Source: the human T2T-CHM13v2.0 reference genome, Homo sapiens. From it: a stretch of DNA of 64,000 bases. The translations under genes and the position numbers were made by a program. Of the stretch, positions 1 to 16,046 are shown one piece after another; positions within the stretch are counted from its first letter, which is position 1; every line of letters begins with the position of its first letter. Where the stretch lies: the NCBI RefSeq assembly GCF_009914755.1, contig NC_060926.1, one strand, 5' to 3'. A model generated the notes under the pieces. That model searched no databases, was not told where the DNA came from, and saw nothing but the letters and a program-made list of their open reading frames with translations.

Positions 1-39
1 AAAGAGATAATTTCTTTGTAAAAAGTTGTTGGAATGCTG

Positions 40-940
40 TGGCATATCCCCACATAGACCACGAGAGGGGCAAGATGGATACTTGCCCTCCAGCCTCAAG
101 TATTTTAAGAGAGGTTTCAAAGAGACCATTCAGAAAACAAGAAGTTTCTCTGGGAGCTCAAGTGACAAACTGTTGATTAGTGCCTGACATGCTTGGAAAA
201 CCAAAGGGCAGGAAATGGAAGTGACTCATGTCAGCTCAGTAGAAGGCTGTGATTGGTGAATGACTGTTTGGTCAAAGGTTGCTTTTAAAGAACGCATGTT
301 CCCTGTGGATATATGCAGAGAGAGAATTACTTAATGTCTTATTGGGATTTTTGCTAAGAGTGCAACCTGGATATTTGGTGGAATTCCAAAAGAAAACTTT
401 TTGGATGGGCATAAATTGCTGAGAACCAAAATCTAAAGTGGTAGGGAATGGGGATGAGGTCATCTCATAAGCAGCCAGCTGGAAAATGCATCAGAGAATT
501 TCAGTGATGGATCCCAAGCAACAAGTATTCTTCAGGGGCCCCACAGGGCAGACTGAGGAGAGAAATAATTAAGCATATACTGAGCTAGAAAACTACTGAT
601 TCCAGCTTACAACTCTTTCAGTTGAGGAATCTGTTCTCATCCTTACTTTTCCCCACCACATTTCAAACTTCTCAGAACATTGGCAGTCTAGTGGATTGAT
701 ACTGGGAGAAAGACAGCAGCTTCAGGTGTAGTCAGAAGAGAGGAAGTGACTATTTCCCCCTCTCCCATGGAAGTGTGTCCATCTATAGCGCATAGAAAGA
801 TATTGTATTATCTAAAAGTGAGCAAATGAGAGATGGGCTCTGCCTGACACTTTATCCAAGGACAAAGAAAGGCCTGGCTCCCACAGAATAAATATTCAAA
901 GGCAATCATGAGAAAGAACAAAGTTGCCTTATTATTGCTT
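40..940. mobile_element. Possible ancient LTR remnant (family uncertain)
   Basis: More purine/GC-rich than its flanks and ends in an LTR-like AATAAA...aaagttgccttattattgc segment. Family not securely recognised. Confidence 0.25.
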
Positions 941-1395
941 CTTTTTTCTTGACATCAAATGTTTGTTTGTTATTCAAATCTTGTACGTCCTAAGTAGAGT
1001 TTGCCTTCTCATTCTTTGATACCTGACATAGTAGTGATAAATTTAGTAATATTGTTGTTCTGCAAATTTTCTTCTACATTAGCAGATTTTGCTTTCTATA
1101 CTTTAAATTTATGTTGTCTGATTCATAAAGGCTTGTAGTTGTTATATCATCTTAAGCCACATCAATTCCTTTGAATCCTATTTTTCACATCAATATTGTC
1201 AACTGTTCTTTTTTCTATTCATATTTTCCTAATATGTCATTTTGTATTTACTTATTTTCAAATGCATATGTCATTTGTTTTACTTGCTAGATTTGGGTGT
1301 ATATGCATATACTTTTCCCAGTCTGAGAATTCATGCTTAAAATTATAGAAATGTTATGGTCTTATTATTGCTATATTTTTCTAGCTTATTTCTCT

Positions 1396-1498
1396 TTTTT
1401 ATTTTATTTTATTATTATTATACTTTAAGTTTTAGGGTACATGTGCACAATGTGCAGGTTAGTTACATATGTATACATGTGCCATGCTGGTGTGCTGC
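1396..1498 (-). mobile_element. Severely 5'-truncated young L1PA (L1PA3-like) 3' end, about 100 bp
   Basis: T-rich tail followed by tactttaagttttagggtacatgtgcacaatgtgcaggttagttac. TSD gcttatttctct at 1384-1395 and 1497-1508. Confidence 0.9.
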
Positions 1499-1913
1499 TT
1501 ATTTCTCTACTACTGAAAATTATCATTAAGTTTTCAATAGATGTATTTAAATACAAATTTTGCTATTGATGAAAACATCTAATCACTATCTATTAACTTT
1601 CCTGTGAATAGAAGACATTTAGCAAATGTTTATCTATTTCTTCTTCCTCCCTATTTACTTTTCAGATTTTGTAGTATTTTTTTTTTTTTACAGTTTCAGC
1701 CTCAATGTGTTAAACTACATTTTTCCATTATCCCTCTTTCATGAATCCCTATGTAATAAAAGCAGGATACTTCACAGCTACATTATAAACAATTATTTGG
1801 AGTTAAATACATTTTCCTGAACTCTTGGTTTGCCTTTCTTTTACCTTTTATATTCCTGTATCTTGGATTTTTGTTTTGTTTTATTTTGAAAAAATCGGTA
1901 AGAAATAATTTAA

Positions 1914-2215
1914 GGCTGGGCGCAGTGGCTCACACCTGTAATCCCAGCACTTTGGGAGGCCGAGGCGGGCGGATCACGAGGTCAGGAGATCAAGACCATC
2001 CTGGCTAACATGGTGAAACCCCATCTCTACTAAAAATACAAAAAATTAGCCAGGCGTGGTGGCGGGCGCCTGTAGTACCAGCTACTCAGGAGGGTGAGGC
2101 GGGAGAATGGTGTGAACCTGGGAGGCGGAGCTTGCAGTGAGCCAAGATTGCACCACTGCACACTCCATCCTGGGTAACAGAGCGAGACTCTGTCTGAAAA
2201 AAAAAAAAAAAAAAA
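1914..2215 (+). mobile_element. AluY
   Basis: Full Alu dimer with AluY diagnostics (gatcacgaggtcaggagat, ggctaac, gaatggtgtgaac, gagcttgcag) and poly(A). TSD aagaaataatttaa at 1900-1913 and 2214-2227. Confidence 0.95.
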
Positions 2216-3596
2216 GAAATAATTTAAAATGTTCATAAACCCTAACATTTTGAAACTTTAAATACATGAATATAAATATGACTTCCAAATACTGATTTAA
2301 TGTGACAGAAGAGCTGAGGTTTGAATTATTCTTTCCTCATGCCTTATAGAGATTGTACTATGTTTTTTTGTAAAATTATTTCATGTTTTAGATTAAAAGT
2401 CTGATGCAAGTATGATTCAGCACATTTTTAATTTTTGTATGGCCCTGTGATTTTTTCTTTATTTGGTTCTGAATTTAGCTTAGCTATGTCCAAGTGTTTT
2501 TTTTAATTTCAATATTTCTCCCTATTTTTTTCTTCAATTATTTTTCCTCTCTGTTGGTTCTGTTATCTCTTTCTAGAATGACTGTTTTGCTAGTTATTTG
2601 ATCTCTTAAATTGACCTTTCTTATCTCATAGTTTTTTAAGTAAGTTTTCCTTTACATTGTGTTCTAAGATAATTTCTTGTTTTGACTTTCTAGATTCCTA
2701 ATTTGATCTTTTTTTCATTTTTTAATCAATTTATTTTCTCTTTAGCCTTCAATATTATTAGATTCAGCTTCTTTTTTGAACCTTTAAAATAATGATCAGT
2801 TTAATTTTTGAGAATTCTAATGGAATATGGTTATTCATTTGATATTATAAAGAATAGAGTCTAGATTGATCTGTACTAGTTGCTAGACTGGGTTTATTTT
2901 TGTCTAATGATCCTCAGGGACAGTGAACCTAGATTCTGATTATAGATTCCCTGGCTGTCAGGATTGGATGGGGCATGTGTTTGACCAAATGGACTCTAGC
3001 ATTGCGTGCATGACTAGTTCACATTCAAGGTTCATGAAGAGATCCAAAAGTTGCCTGGGACATGATTGCACTTTTGACTTGGATTCCAGCACCCACAGTA
3101 TGAATCTCTGGTAGAAGATTGATTACTTTAGAGGGTTGTTCTTTCATCTTTAGCTGGAGCAAACTCTGAAGTGAGAAATTTTGAAAGCAGAGGAGTTAAA
3201 CAGGTATTTTTTTGCAGCCTTTTTATTAATGGGCCCACTGATAGCCCACCCTTCAGCCTTTCTCCCAGTCTCTGCTGCCTCAGGTCTTGGGTTTGTTACA
3301 AAGATCTTCTGAGAAGGCTCATTTTTTGGCAATCCTGTTTTTATACTGTTGTGAGTTCTTACATTTTATATGGTTTCTCCACCAATGTTACATGATACTC
3401 GTGTTATCTTCCAGAAACTCTTTAAGATTTGATTTGATAGCACTCTTCCTTAACCATTACTATACTGGGTTTATTTTTACATTAATTTATATTTTTAACA
3501 GTGGGTTTAAGAAGAACAAATATATTCAGATGCTCTCTGGTTTTAATGACCTGGATTATTCCATTTAAATATCTGATTATTAAAACGCAGATACAG

Positions 3597-3710
3597 AGCT
3601 GGGCAGGGGGGCATGCACCTGTAGTCTCAGCTACTCAGGAGCCTGAGATGGGAGAATCATTTGGGTCCAGAAGTTCAAGCCCAGGCCAGACAGCATAGCA
3701 AGATCCCATG
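3597..3710 (+). mobile_element. FLAM-like Alu monomer lacking its A-tail
   Basis: gctgggcagggggg catgcacctgtagtctcagctactcaggag...cagcatagcaagatccca. Abuts the poly(T) of the L1 directly. Confidence 0.75.
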
Positions 3711-3947
3711 TTTTTTTTTTTTTAATTTAATTTATTTTTTTTATTATACTTTAAGTTTTAGGTTACATGTGCACATTGTGCAGGTTAGTTACATACGTAT
3801 ACATGTGCCATGCTGGTGTGCTGCACCCATTAACTCGTCATCTAGCATTAGGTATATCTCCCAATGCTATCCCTCCCCACTCCCCCCACCCCACCACATT
3901 CCCCAGAGTGTGATGTTCCCCTTCCTGTGTCCATGTGATCTCATTGT

Positions 3948-7755
<3,808 letters not shown>

Positions 7756-7818
7756 TATGATGTTAGCTGGTTATTTTGCTTGTTAGTTGATGCAGTTTCT
7801 TCCTAGCATCAATAGACT

Positions 7819-8830
7819 TTACAGTTTGGCATGTTTTTGCAGTGGCTGGTACTGGTTGTTCCTTTCCATGTTTAGTGCTTCCTTCAGGAGCTCTTCTAAG
7901 GCAGACCTGGTGGTGACAAAATCTCTCAGCATTTGCTTGTCTGTAAAGGATTCTATTTCTCCTTCACTTATGAAACTTAGTTTGGCTGGATATGAAATTC
8001 TGGGTTGAAAATTCTTTTCTTTAAGAATGTTGAATATTGGCCCCCACTTTCTTCTGGCTTGTAGAGTTTCTGCTGAGAGATCTGCTGTTAGTTTCTTGGG
8101 CTTCCCTTTGTGGGTAACCTGACCTTACTCTCTGGCTGCCCTTAACATTTTTTCCTTCACTTCAACTTTGGTGAATCTGACAATTATGTGTCTTGGAGTT
8201 GGTCTTCTCGAGGAGTATCTTTGTGGCATTCTCTGTATTTCCTGAATTTGAATGTTGGCCTGCCTTGCTAAGTTGGGGAAGTTCTCCTGGATAATATCGT
8301 GCAGAGTGTTTTCCAACTTGGTTCCATTCTCCCTGTCACTCTCAGGTACACCAGTCAGACATAGATTTGGTCTTTTCACATGGTCCCATATTTCTTGGAG
8401 GCTTTGTTCGTTTCTTTTTACTCTTTTTTCTCTAAACTTCTCTTCTTGCTTCATTTCATTCATTTGGTCTTCAGTCACTGATACCCTTTTTCAGTTGATC
8501 AAATCGGCTACTGAAGCTTGTGCATGCATCACGTAGTTCTCGTTCCATGGTTTTCAGGTCCATCAGGTCATTTAAGGACTTCTCTACACTGGTTATTCTA
8601 GTTAGCCATTTGTCTAATCTCTTCTCACAGTTTTTAGCCTCTTTGCGTTGGGTTCGAACATCCTCCTTTAGCTCAGAGAAGTTTGATCATCTGAAGCCTT
8701 CTCTCAAATCGTCAAAGTCATTCTCCATCCAACTTTGTTGTGTTGCTGGTGAGGAGCTACGTTCCTTTGGAGGAGAAGAGGCACTGTGATTTTTAGAATT
8801 TTCAGCTTTTGTGCTCTGGTTTCTCCCCAT
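7819..8830 (-). pseudogene. L1 ORF1 (RNA-binding chaperone), disrupted
   Basis: ATGGGGAGAA start at 8830. Fragment 8125-8478 reads EQSLQEIWDHVKRPNL...PRHIIVRFTKVE. Frameshifted. Confidence 0.9.
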
Positions 8831-9841
8831 CTTTGTGGTTTTATCTACCTTTGGTCTTTGATGATGGTGAGGTACAGATGGGATTGTGTTGTGGATGTCC
8901 TTTCTGTTTGTTAGTTTTCCTTCTAACAGTCAGGACCATCAGCTACAGGTCTGTTGGAGTTTGCTGGAGGTCCACTCCAGACCCTGTTTGCCTGGGTATC
9001 ACCAGTGGAGGCTGCAGAACAGCTAATATCGCAGAACAGCAAATGTTGCTGCCTGATCGTTCCTCTGGAAGCTTCGTCTCAGAGGGGCACCTGGCCGTGT
9101 GAGGTGTCAGTCGGCCCCTACTGGGGGGTGCCTCCCAGTTAGGCTACTCCAGGGTCAGGGACCCACTTGAGGAGGCATTCTGTCTGTTCTCAGATCTCAA
9201 ACTCCGTGCTTGGAGAACCACTACTCTCTTCAAAGCTGTCAGACAGGGACATTTAAGTCTGCAGAAGTTTCTGCTACCTTTTGTTCAGCTATGCCCTGTC
9301 TGCAGAGGTGGAGTCTACAGAGGCAGGCAGGCCTCCTTGAGCTGTGGTGGGCTCCACCCAGTTCGAGCTTCCTGGCTGCTTTGTTTACCTACTCAAGCCT
9401 CAGCAATGGCAGGCACCCCTCCCCCAGCCTCTCTGCCCCCTTGCAGTTGGATCTCAGACTGCTGTATTAGCAATGAGTGAACCTCCATGGGTGTGGGACC
9501 CTCTGAGCCAGGCATGGGATATAATCTCCTGGTGTGCCGTTTGCTAAGACCATTGGAAAAGCACAATATTAGGGTGGAAGTGACCCGATTTTCCAGGTGC
9601 CGTCTGTCACAGCTTCCCTTGTCTAGGAAATGGAATTCCCTGACCCCTTGTGCTTCCTGGGTGAGGCGATGCCTCACCCCACTTCGGCTCTTGCTTGGTG
9701 GGCTGCATCCACTGTCTGACAAGCCCCAGTGAGATGAACCTGGTACCTCAGTTGGAAATGCCGAAATCACCCATCTTCTGCGTCGCTCATACTGGGAGCT
9801 GTAGACTGGAGCTGTTCCTATTCGGCCATCTTGGAACCTCC
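8831..9841. promoter_or_regulatory. L1 5'UTR internal promoter (- strand) and antisense promoter/ORF0 region (+ strand)
   Basis: Intact YY1 site (cggccatctt, 9823-9832). ORF0-homologous frame starts at ATG 9406 (MAGTPPPASLPPCS...) with a premature TGA at 9478-9480. Retains the ~129-bp segment (~8960-9089) that L1PA2/L1HS lack. Confidence 0.75.
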
Positions 9842-12800
9842 TGTATCACAATTTCTTTATCCACTTTTTGATTGGTGGGAATTTGAGCTGCTTCCATGTT
9901 TTTGCAATTGCCAATTGTGCTACTATAAACATGTGTGTGGAAGTATCTTTTTTGTATAATGACTTCTTTCCTCTGGGTAGATAACTCATAGTGGGACTGC
10001 TGGATTAAATGGTTGTTCTACTTTTAGTTCTTTAAGGGATATCCTCACTGTTGTCCTTAGTGGTTGTACTAGTTTACATTCCTACCAGCAGTGGAAAAGT
10101 GTTTCCTTTTCACCACATCTATGCCGACATCTGTTTTTTTTAATCTTTTGATTATGGTCATTCTTGCAGGAGTAAGGTGGTATTACATTGTGGTTTTGAT
10201 TTGAATTTCCCTGTTCCATAGCTTTTTTAAATATGTTTGTTGTACATTTGTATATTTTCTTTTGAGAATTATCTATTAATGTCCTTAGCTCAATTTTTGA
10301 TGGGATTGTTGGTTTTTTTGTTGCTGATTTGTTTGAGTTTCTTGTAGATTCTGGATACCCGTCCTTTGTCAGATGTATAGATTGTGAAGATTTTCTCTCA
10401 CTCTGTGGTTTGTCTGTTTACTCTGCTGATTATTTCTTTTGCTGTGCAGAAGCTTTTTAGTTTAATTAAGTCCCACCTATTTATCTTTTTGTTTTTGTTG
10501 TATTTGCTTTTAGGTTCTTGCCTAAGCCAATGTCTAGAAGGGTTTTTCTGATGGTATCTTCTAGAATTTTTATGGTTTCAGGTCTTAGATTTAAGTCCTT
10601 CATTCATTTTGAGTTGATTTTCATGTAAGATGAGATTAGGATTCAGTTTCATTCTCCTACATGTGGCTTGCCAATTATCCCAGGACCATTTGTTGAATAG
10701 GGTGTGCTTTCTCCACTTTTTGTTTTTGTTGGCTTTTTCTAAGATCAGTTGGCTATAAGTGTTTGGCTTTATTTCTGGATTCCCTATTCCATTTTATTGG
10801 TTTGTATGCCATTTTATACCAGTACCATGCTCTTTTGGTGACTATGGGCTTATGGTATAGTTTAAAGTTGGGTAATGTGATGCCTTCAGATTTGTTATTT
10901 TTGCTTAGTCTTCCTTTGGTTCTGAGGGCTATTTTTTTGTTCCATATGAATTTTAGGATTTTTTTTCTAGTTCTGTGAAGAATGATGATGGCATTTTGAT
11001 GAGAATTGCATTGAATCTGTAGATTGCTTTTGGCAATATGGTCATTTTCACAGTAGTGATTCTACCCATCCATGGGATGTGTTTTCATTTGTTTGTGTCA
11101 TCAGTGATTTCTTTCAGCAGTGTTTTGTAGTTTCCTTATAGAGGTCCTTCACTTCCTTGGTTAGGTATACTCCTAGGTTTTTTTGTTTGTTGTTTGTTTT
11201 TGAAGCTATTGTAAAAGGTGTTGAGTTCTTGATTTCTCAGCTTGGTCACTGTTGGTGTATAATGGAGCTACTGATTTGTGTACATTAATTTTGTGTCCTG
11301 AAACATTGCTGAATGTATTTACCAGTTCTAGGAACTTTTTGGAAAAGTCTTTAGGGTTTTCTAGATATATGATCATATCATCAGCAAACAGCAGCAGTTT
11401 GACTTCCTCTTTACTGATTTGCATGCACTATTTCTTTTTCTTCTCTGATTGCTCTGGCTAGGATTTCCAGTACTATGTTGAATAGAAGTGGTGAGAGTAA
11501 GTATCCTTGTCTAGTTCCAGTTCTCAAGGGGAATGCTTTCAACTTTTCCTCATTCAGCATTATTTTGGCTGTGGGTTTGTCATAGATGGCTTTTACTACA
11601 TTGAGGTATGTCCCTTCTATGCCGATTTTGCTGAGGGTTTTATTCGTAGAGGAATGCTGGATTTTGTCAAATACTTTTTCTGTGTCTATTGAGATAATCA
11701 TGTGAATTTGTTTTTAATTCTCTTTATGTGGTATATCATATTTATTGACATGTACCTGTTAAACCATCCCTGCATTCCTGGTATGAAGCCCATTTGATCA
11801 TGGTGGATAATCTTTTTGACACGCTTTTGGATTCAGTTAGGTAGTATTTTGTTAAGGATTTTTGCATCTATATTCATCAGCGATGTTGGTGTGTAGTTTT
11901 CTTTTTTAGTTATGTCCTTGCCTAGTTTTGGCATTAGGGTGTTACCAGCTTCACAGAATGATTTAGGGAGAATTCCTTCTTTCTATTTTGTGGAATAGTG
12001 TCAATAGGATTGGTACCAATTCTTTGAATGTCTGAAAGAATTCAGCTGTGAATCTGCCTTGTCCTGGAATATTTTTTTTTTGTTGGCAATTTTTTTTATT
12101 ACCTTTTCAGTCTGGCTGCTTGTTATTGGTCTAGTTATAGTTTCTGTTTATTCCTGGTTTAATCTTGGAGGGTTGTATATTTTCAGGAATTTATCCATCT
12201 CCTCTAGGTTTTCTAGTTTATACATGTAGAGATCTAATAGTAGCCTTGAATGATCTTTGGTTTGTCTGAAAAAGACTGTGTCTTTCCTTCATTTATGAAG
12301 CTTAGTTTTTGCTGAATACCAAATTCTTGGCTGATAACTGTTTTGTTTAAGGAGCCTGAAGATAGGGCCCCAATCCCTTATAGCTTGTAGTGTTTCTGCT
12401 GAGAAATCTGCTGTTAATCTCATAGATTTTCTCTGTAGGTTACCTGGTGCTTTTGCCTCACAGCTCTTAAGATTCTTTCCTTCATCTTGTCTTTAGATAA
12501 CCAGATGAGAATGTGCCTAGGCAATGATCTTTTTTCAATGAATTTCCCAGGTTTTCTTTGAGCTTCTTGTATTTGGATATCTAGTTCTCTACCAAGGCCA
12601 GGGAAGTTTTCCTCAATTATTCCCCCAAATATGTTTTCCAAACTTTTAGATTTCTTTTCTTCATCAGGAACATCAATTATTCTTAGGTTTGGTTGCTTAA
12701 CATAATCCCAAGCTTTTTGGAGGCTTTGTTCATTTTTTCTTATCTTTTTTCTTTGTCTTCGTTGGATTATGTTAATTCGGAAACTTTGTCTTTGAGCTCT

Positions 12801-14580
12801 GAAGTTCTTTCTTCTGCTTGTTCAGTTCTGTTAATGAGACTTTCCAGAACATTTTGCATTTCTCTAAGTGCATCCTTTTTTTCCTGAAGTTGTGATTGTT
12901 TTTATTTATGTTATTTCCCTGAAGATTTCTCCCCTCATTTCTTGTATATATGTATTTTTTATTTCCTTGAAGTGGACTTCACCTTTCTCTGATCCCTCCT
13001 TGATTAGCTTAATAACTGACCTTCTGAATTCTTTTTCAAGTAAATTAGGGATTTCTTCTTGATTTGGTTCCATTGCTGGTGAGCTAGTGTGATTTTGTGG
13101 GGATGTTAAAGAGTCTTGTTTTGTCATATTACCAGAATTGTTTTTCTGGTTCCTTCTCATTTGGGTAGGCTATGTCAGAGGGAAGGTCTAGGGCTCAAGG
13201 CTGCTGTTCACATTTTTTTGTCCCATGGAGTATTTCCTTGATGTAGTACTCTCCCCCTTTTCCTATGGATGTGGCTTCCTGACAGGTGAGCTGTAGTGAT
13301 TGTTATCTCTCTTCTGGATCTCGCCATTCAGCAAGGCTGCCAGGCTCCAGGCTGGTACTGGGGGTTGTCTGCACAGAGTCCTGTGCTGTGAACCATCTGC
13401 AGGTCTCTCAGCCATGGATGTCAGCACCCCCTCCGGTGGAGGTGACAGGGGAGTGAAATGGACTCAGTGAGGGTCCTTAGTTTTGGTTGTTTAATCCTAT
13501 TTTTGTGCTAGTCTGCCTCCTGCCAGGAGGTGGCTCTTTCAGGAGAACATCAGCTGAGGTAGTTTAGGGAGGATCAGGCAGTGGGCAGTGCCCTAGAGCT
13601 CCCAACAGCTTTGTCTTTGGCTACCAGGGCGGGTAGAGAAAGACCATCAGGTGGGTTCAGGGTGATGTATGTCTGAGCTCAGACTCTCCTTGGACAGGGC
13701 TTGCCGTGGCTGCTGTGGAGGATGGCGGTGTGGTTCTCAGGCCAATGGAGTTAATGTTTCCAGGGGGATTATTGCTGCCTTTGCTGTGTCGTGCCGGCTG
13801 CCAGGGAAGTGGAGGAGAGCTAGCAGTTACACTCACCTCCCATGGAGCCCAAGAGGCTGGTCTCACTCCCACCATGCCTCCCCAACAGCACCGGGTTTAT
13901 TTCCGGGCAGCCAGTAAGCAGAGCTGAGAACTTGCCCCGGGCTACCGGTTTCCCAGCTGAGAAAGCAAGCTGGGCTTTCAGTTTTCACACCTTCCCTCCT
14001 GCCATGGCTTCTGTGCTGTGTCTGCACTCCTGATTCACTCCCTCCCTCAACTTCTGTCTTGAAAACTTTACATTCTGTCAAAATTGTTACAAAGTTCAGC
14101 TGGAAGTTTCCTTCTCTCTGTGGTCTTTTCCCAGTTCCTCTGGCAGCCCTCCCCAAGGACCTCTGTGGGACAGTCAGAAATGGCTTCCTTGGGGACCAAG
14201 ACAGCCCACAAGTCTCTTCCTGCTGCTTCTTCTATCCCTGTATTTCACTCGGCTCTCTAAATTTGTCTCAGCTCCAGGTAATGTCAAATCCTTCTCCTGT
14301 GATCTGAACCTTCAGGTTCCCCAGTGAGGGTGTGTGTATGGGGGACAGATGATCCCTTTTTCACACTTTCACACTTTGGGCACTCACAGTTCTCAGCTGT
14401 CTCCCAGGGCCTGCAGGAGCAATCCATTTCCCTTGAAGAGTCTGTGGATTCTCTCAGCTTTCCTGGTATGTTCCTGCATACTTGGAGCAAAAGTACACGA
14501 TGTGAGTCTCCACACATTGCTCTGTTCATCCGAGTGGGAGCTGCCATTTAGTCCTGCCTTGTATCCATCATTTTCCTCCC
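9842..14580 (-). mobile_element. L1PB-type element (L1PB1/L1PBa-like 5'UTR) with 3'UTR missing and a ~1.4 kb internal deletion
   Basis: ORF2 fragments ([22 protein letters not shown]), ORF1 start MRRNQKNNSGNMTKQ at 13160, long 5'UTR ending near 14580. Sequence jumps from ORF2 to ORF1 at ~12259. Confidence 0.88.
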
Positions 14581-14691
14581 AAAAATCTTAATTTTGCCAA
14601 ATCACATTAAATCTGATCAGGAGGAAATGATATACAACAACCAAAGATACAAGAGGCTGATGTAGAAGCCAAATTGCTAGTTTAATATAAC

Positions 14692-14855
14692 TCTGGTTCT
14701 TAACCCTGGGTGCCATGAGAGTCACCTGTAGAGTGTCATTGCTTAAGTCCAATCCCAGGGAATTCTGATTTGATTGGTCTGAAATGGTGCCTGATATCAG
14801 TAGTTGCTAAAATTTCCCAGATCATTCTAATATGGAGCCACTTTGAAGATCACAG
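14692..14855. mobile_element. MER5-family hAT-Charlie MITE
   Basis: ctggttcttaaccctgg...aattctgatttgattggtctg...ttctaatatggagccactttgaagatcac. Confidence 0.65.
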
Positions 14856-15639
14856 AATTACACTGGGAATTGTAATGCCAAGTAAAGTATATATCTTTGT
14901 TAGCTAATCAGCACATTCTCAATCCTGAAGAGATGTCTACATAGGCAGTCAAGAGGAAGTTGGTGGCTTGCCCGAGAAACACAGAATCACAAGAGAAGGA
15001 GTCAGATAATCTGAGGATCTAGCCTAATCAGGCCTGATGTGCACACCTTCACTATAAGATAAATGTGCTGGCGAGGCTAGCGTGCAGGTATGCCCTCCGG
15101 GACCCTTTGCCAATGGATATATTATTGCATTCTGAGCCCCCATTTTCTACACTAAAGCAGGTAATCCCACCTCTGTTCTTTTCCTTAGTTATTTAAAACA
15201 TAGTTTCAACATTGTTTCACACAAAGATTATAATTCTCTTTATTCCCATTTATATTTCCTAAATCATTTGTTTTAGTGTCAATTAGGATAATGTATGATA
15301 TTAAATGTATATATTCTACTAATTATCACAAGGTTAATGCAAGAGCTCTAATATTTGAAGACAAAGCTGAAACATGGTTGTTTAGAAGATATTTTGGTTT
15401 TGGATTATAGAATAATACTACATTTTTCTGTTGTTTAGGAAAAAGTGTTCAATGTAAAAGGGAAATTATGTTTACAAAGGCACTTTCTTACAAAGACACA
15501 TCAACTTAAAAACTGAACAAGTGCCAATGAAGTGTTTAAGGGACTCTATTTTAAGAAAATGGTTGACCAAGAATTATCCTTTTTTTCAGGTAAAGTTTTA
15601 TTAAACTCAGTGGAAATTTAACAAGATCATTTTCAAATA

Positions 15640-15890
15640 TGTAAAAGGAGGAAGGTAGTGATCAGGATTTCTTTGTGAAGTTCTGTCAGGCTCATTGAAT
15701 TTTCCTGTCTGTCAGAATGATAAGACTGATTGATATATCGGCTAAAGTAACAGCTGTAATTTACCTTGACTTTAAATGAGCTTGGCTTCTACTTGTTTGG
15801 CATACAAATTATAGATTTTTTAGATTAGACTCTTGCATGGTTACAGTTCTATTTATCCACATCAGAGACATATTTAAAGCTCTCTGATTT
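15640..15890 (+). mobile_element. Possible CR1/L3 LINE RT remnant
   Basis: Loose similarity to the CR1 RT motif VIYLDF (gtaatttaccttgacttt). Very diverged. Confidence 0.3.
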
Positions 15891-15932
15891 TTGTATCTGT
15901 GCACTGAGATTTTTTCATAATCATGTCTAGGT

Positions 15933-15993
15933 TGTATTTGTATATTTGTATATTTGTAAATTGTATATTTGTATATTTGAATATTTGTATATT
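15933..15993. repeat. Degenerate (TATATTTG)n tandem repeat
   Basis: About 7 imperfect copies of tgtatatt. Confidence 0.75.
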
Positions 15994-16046
15994 CTCTATA
16001 CAAAAGTGCAGATGAACCAGTTTTCCGATGTAGGTATAACAGGAAA

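Larger units (their letters stand above)
1040..2900 (-). mobile_element. Highly decayed ancient L1M fragments (ORF2 5' part/ORF1), interrupted by younger insertions
   Basis: T-rich + strand with motifs such as ttgtagttgttatatcatctt resembling antisense L1 endonuclease-region sequence. Confidence 0.35.

Noticed and set aside
13657-14591. Cluster of overlapping GC-richer ORFs suggesting a gene or CpG island
   Set aside because: It lies in the L1PB 5'UTR, is CpG-depleted and has no recognisable protein similarity.
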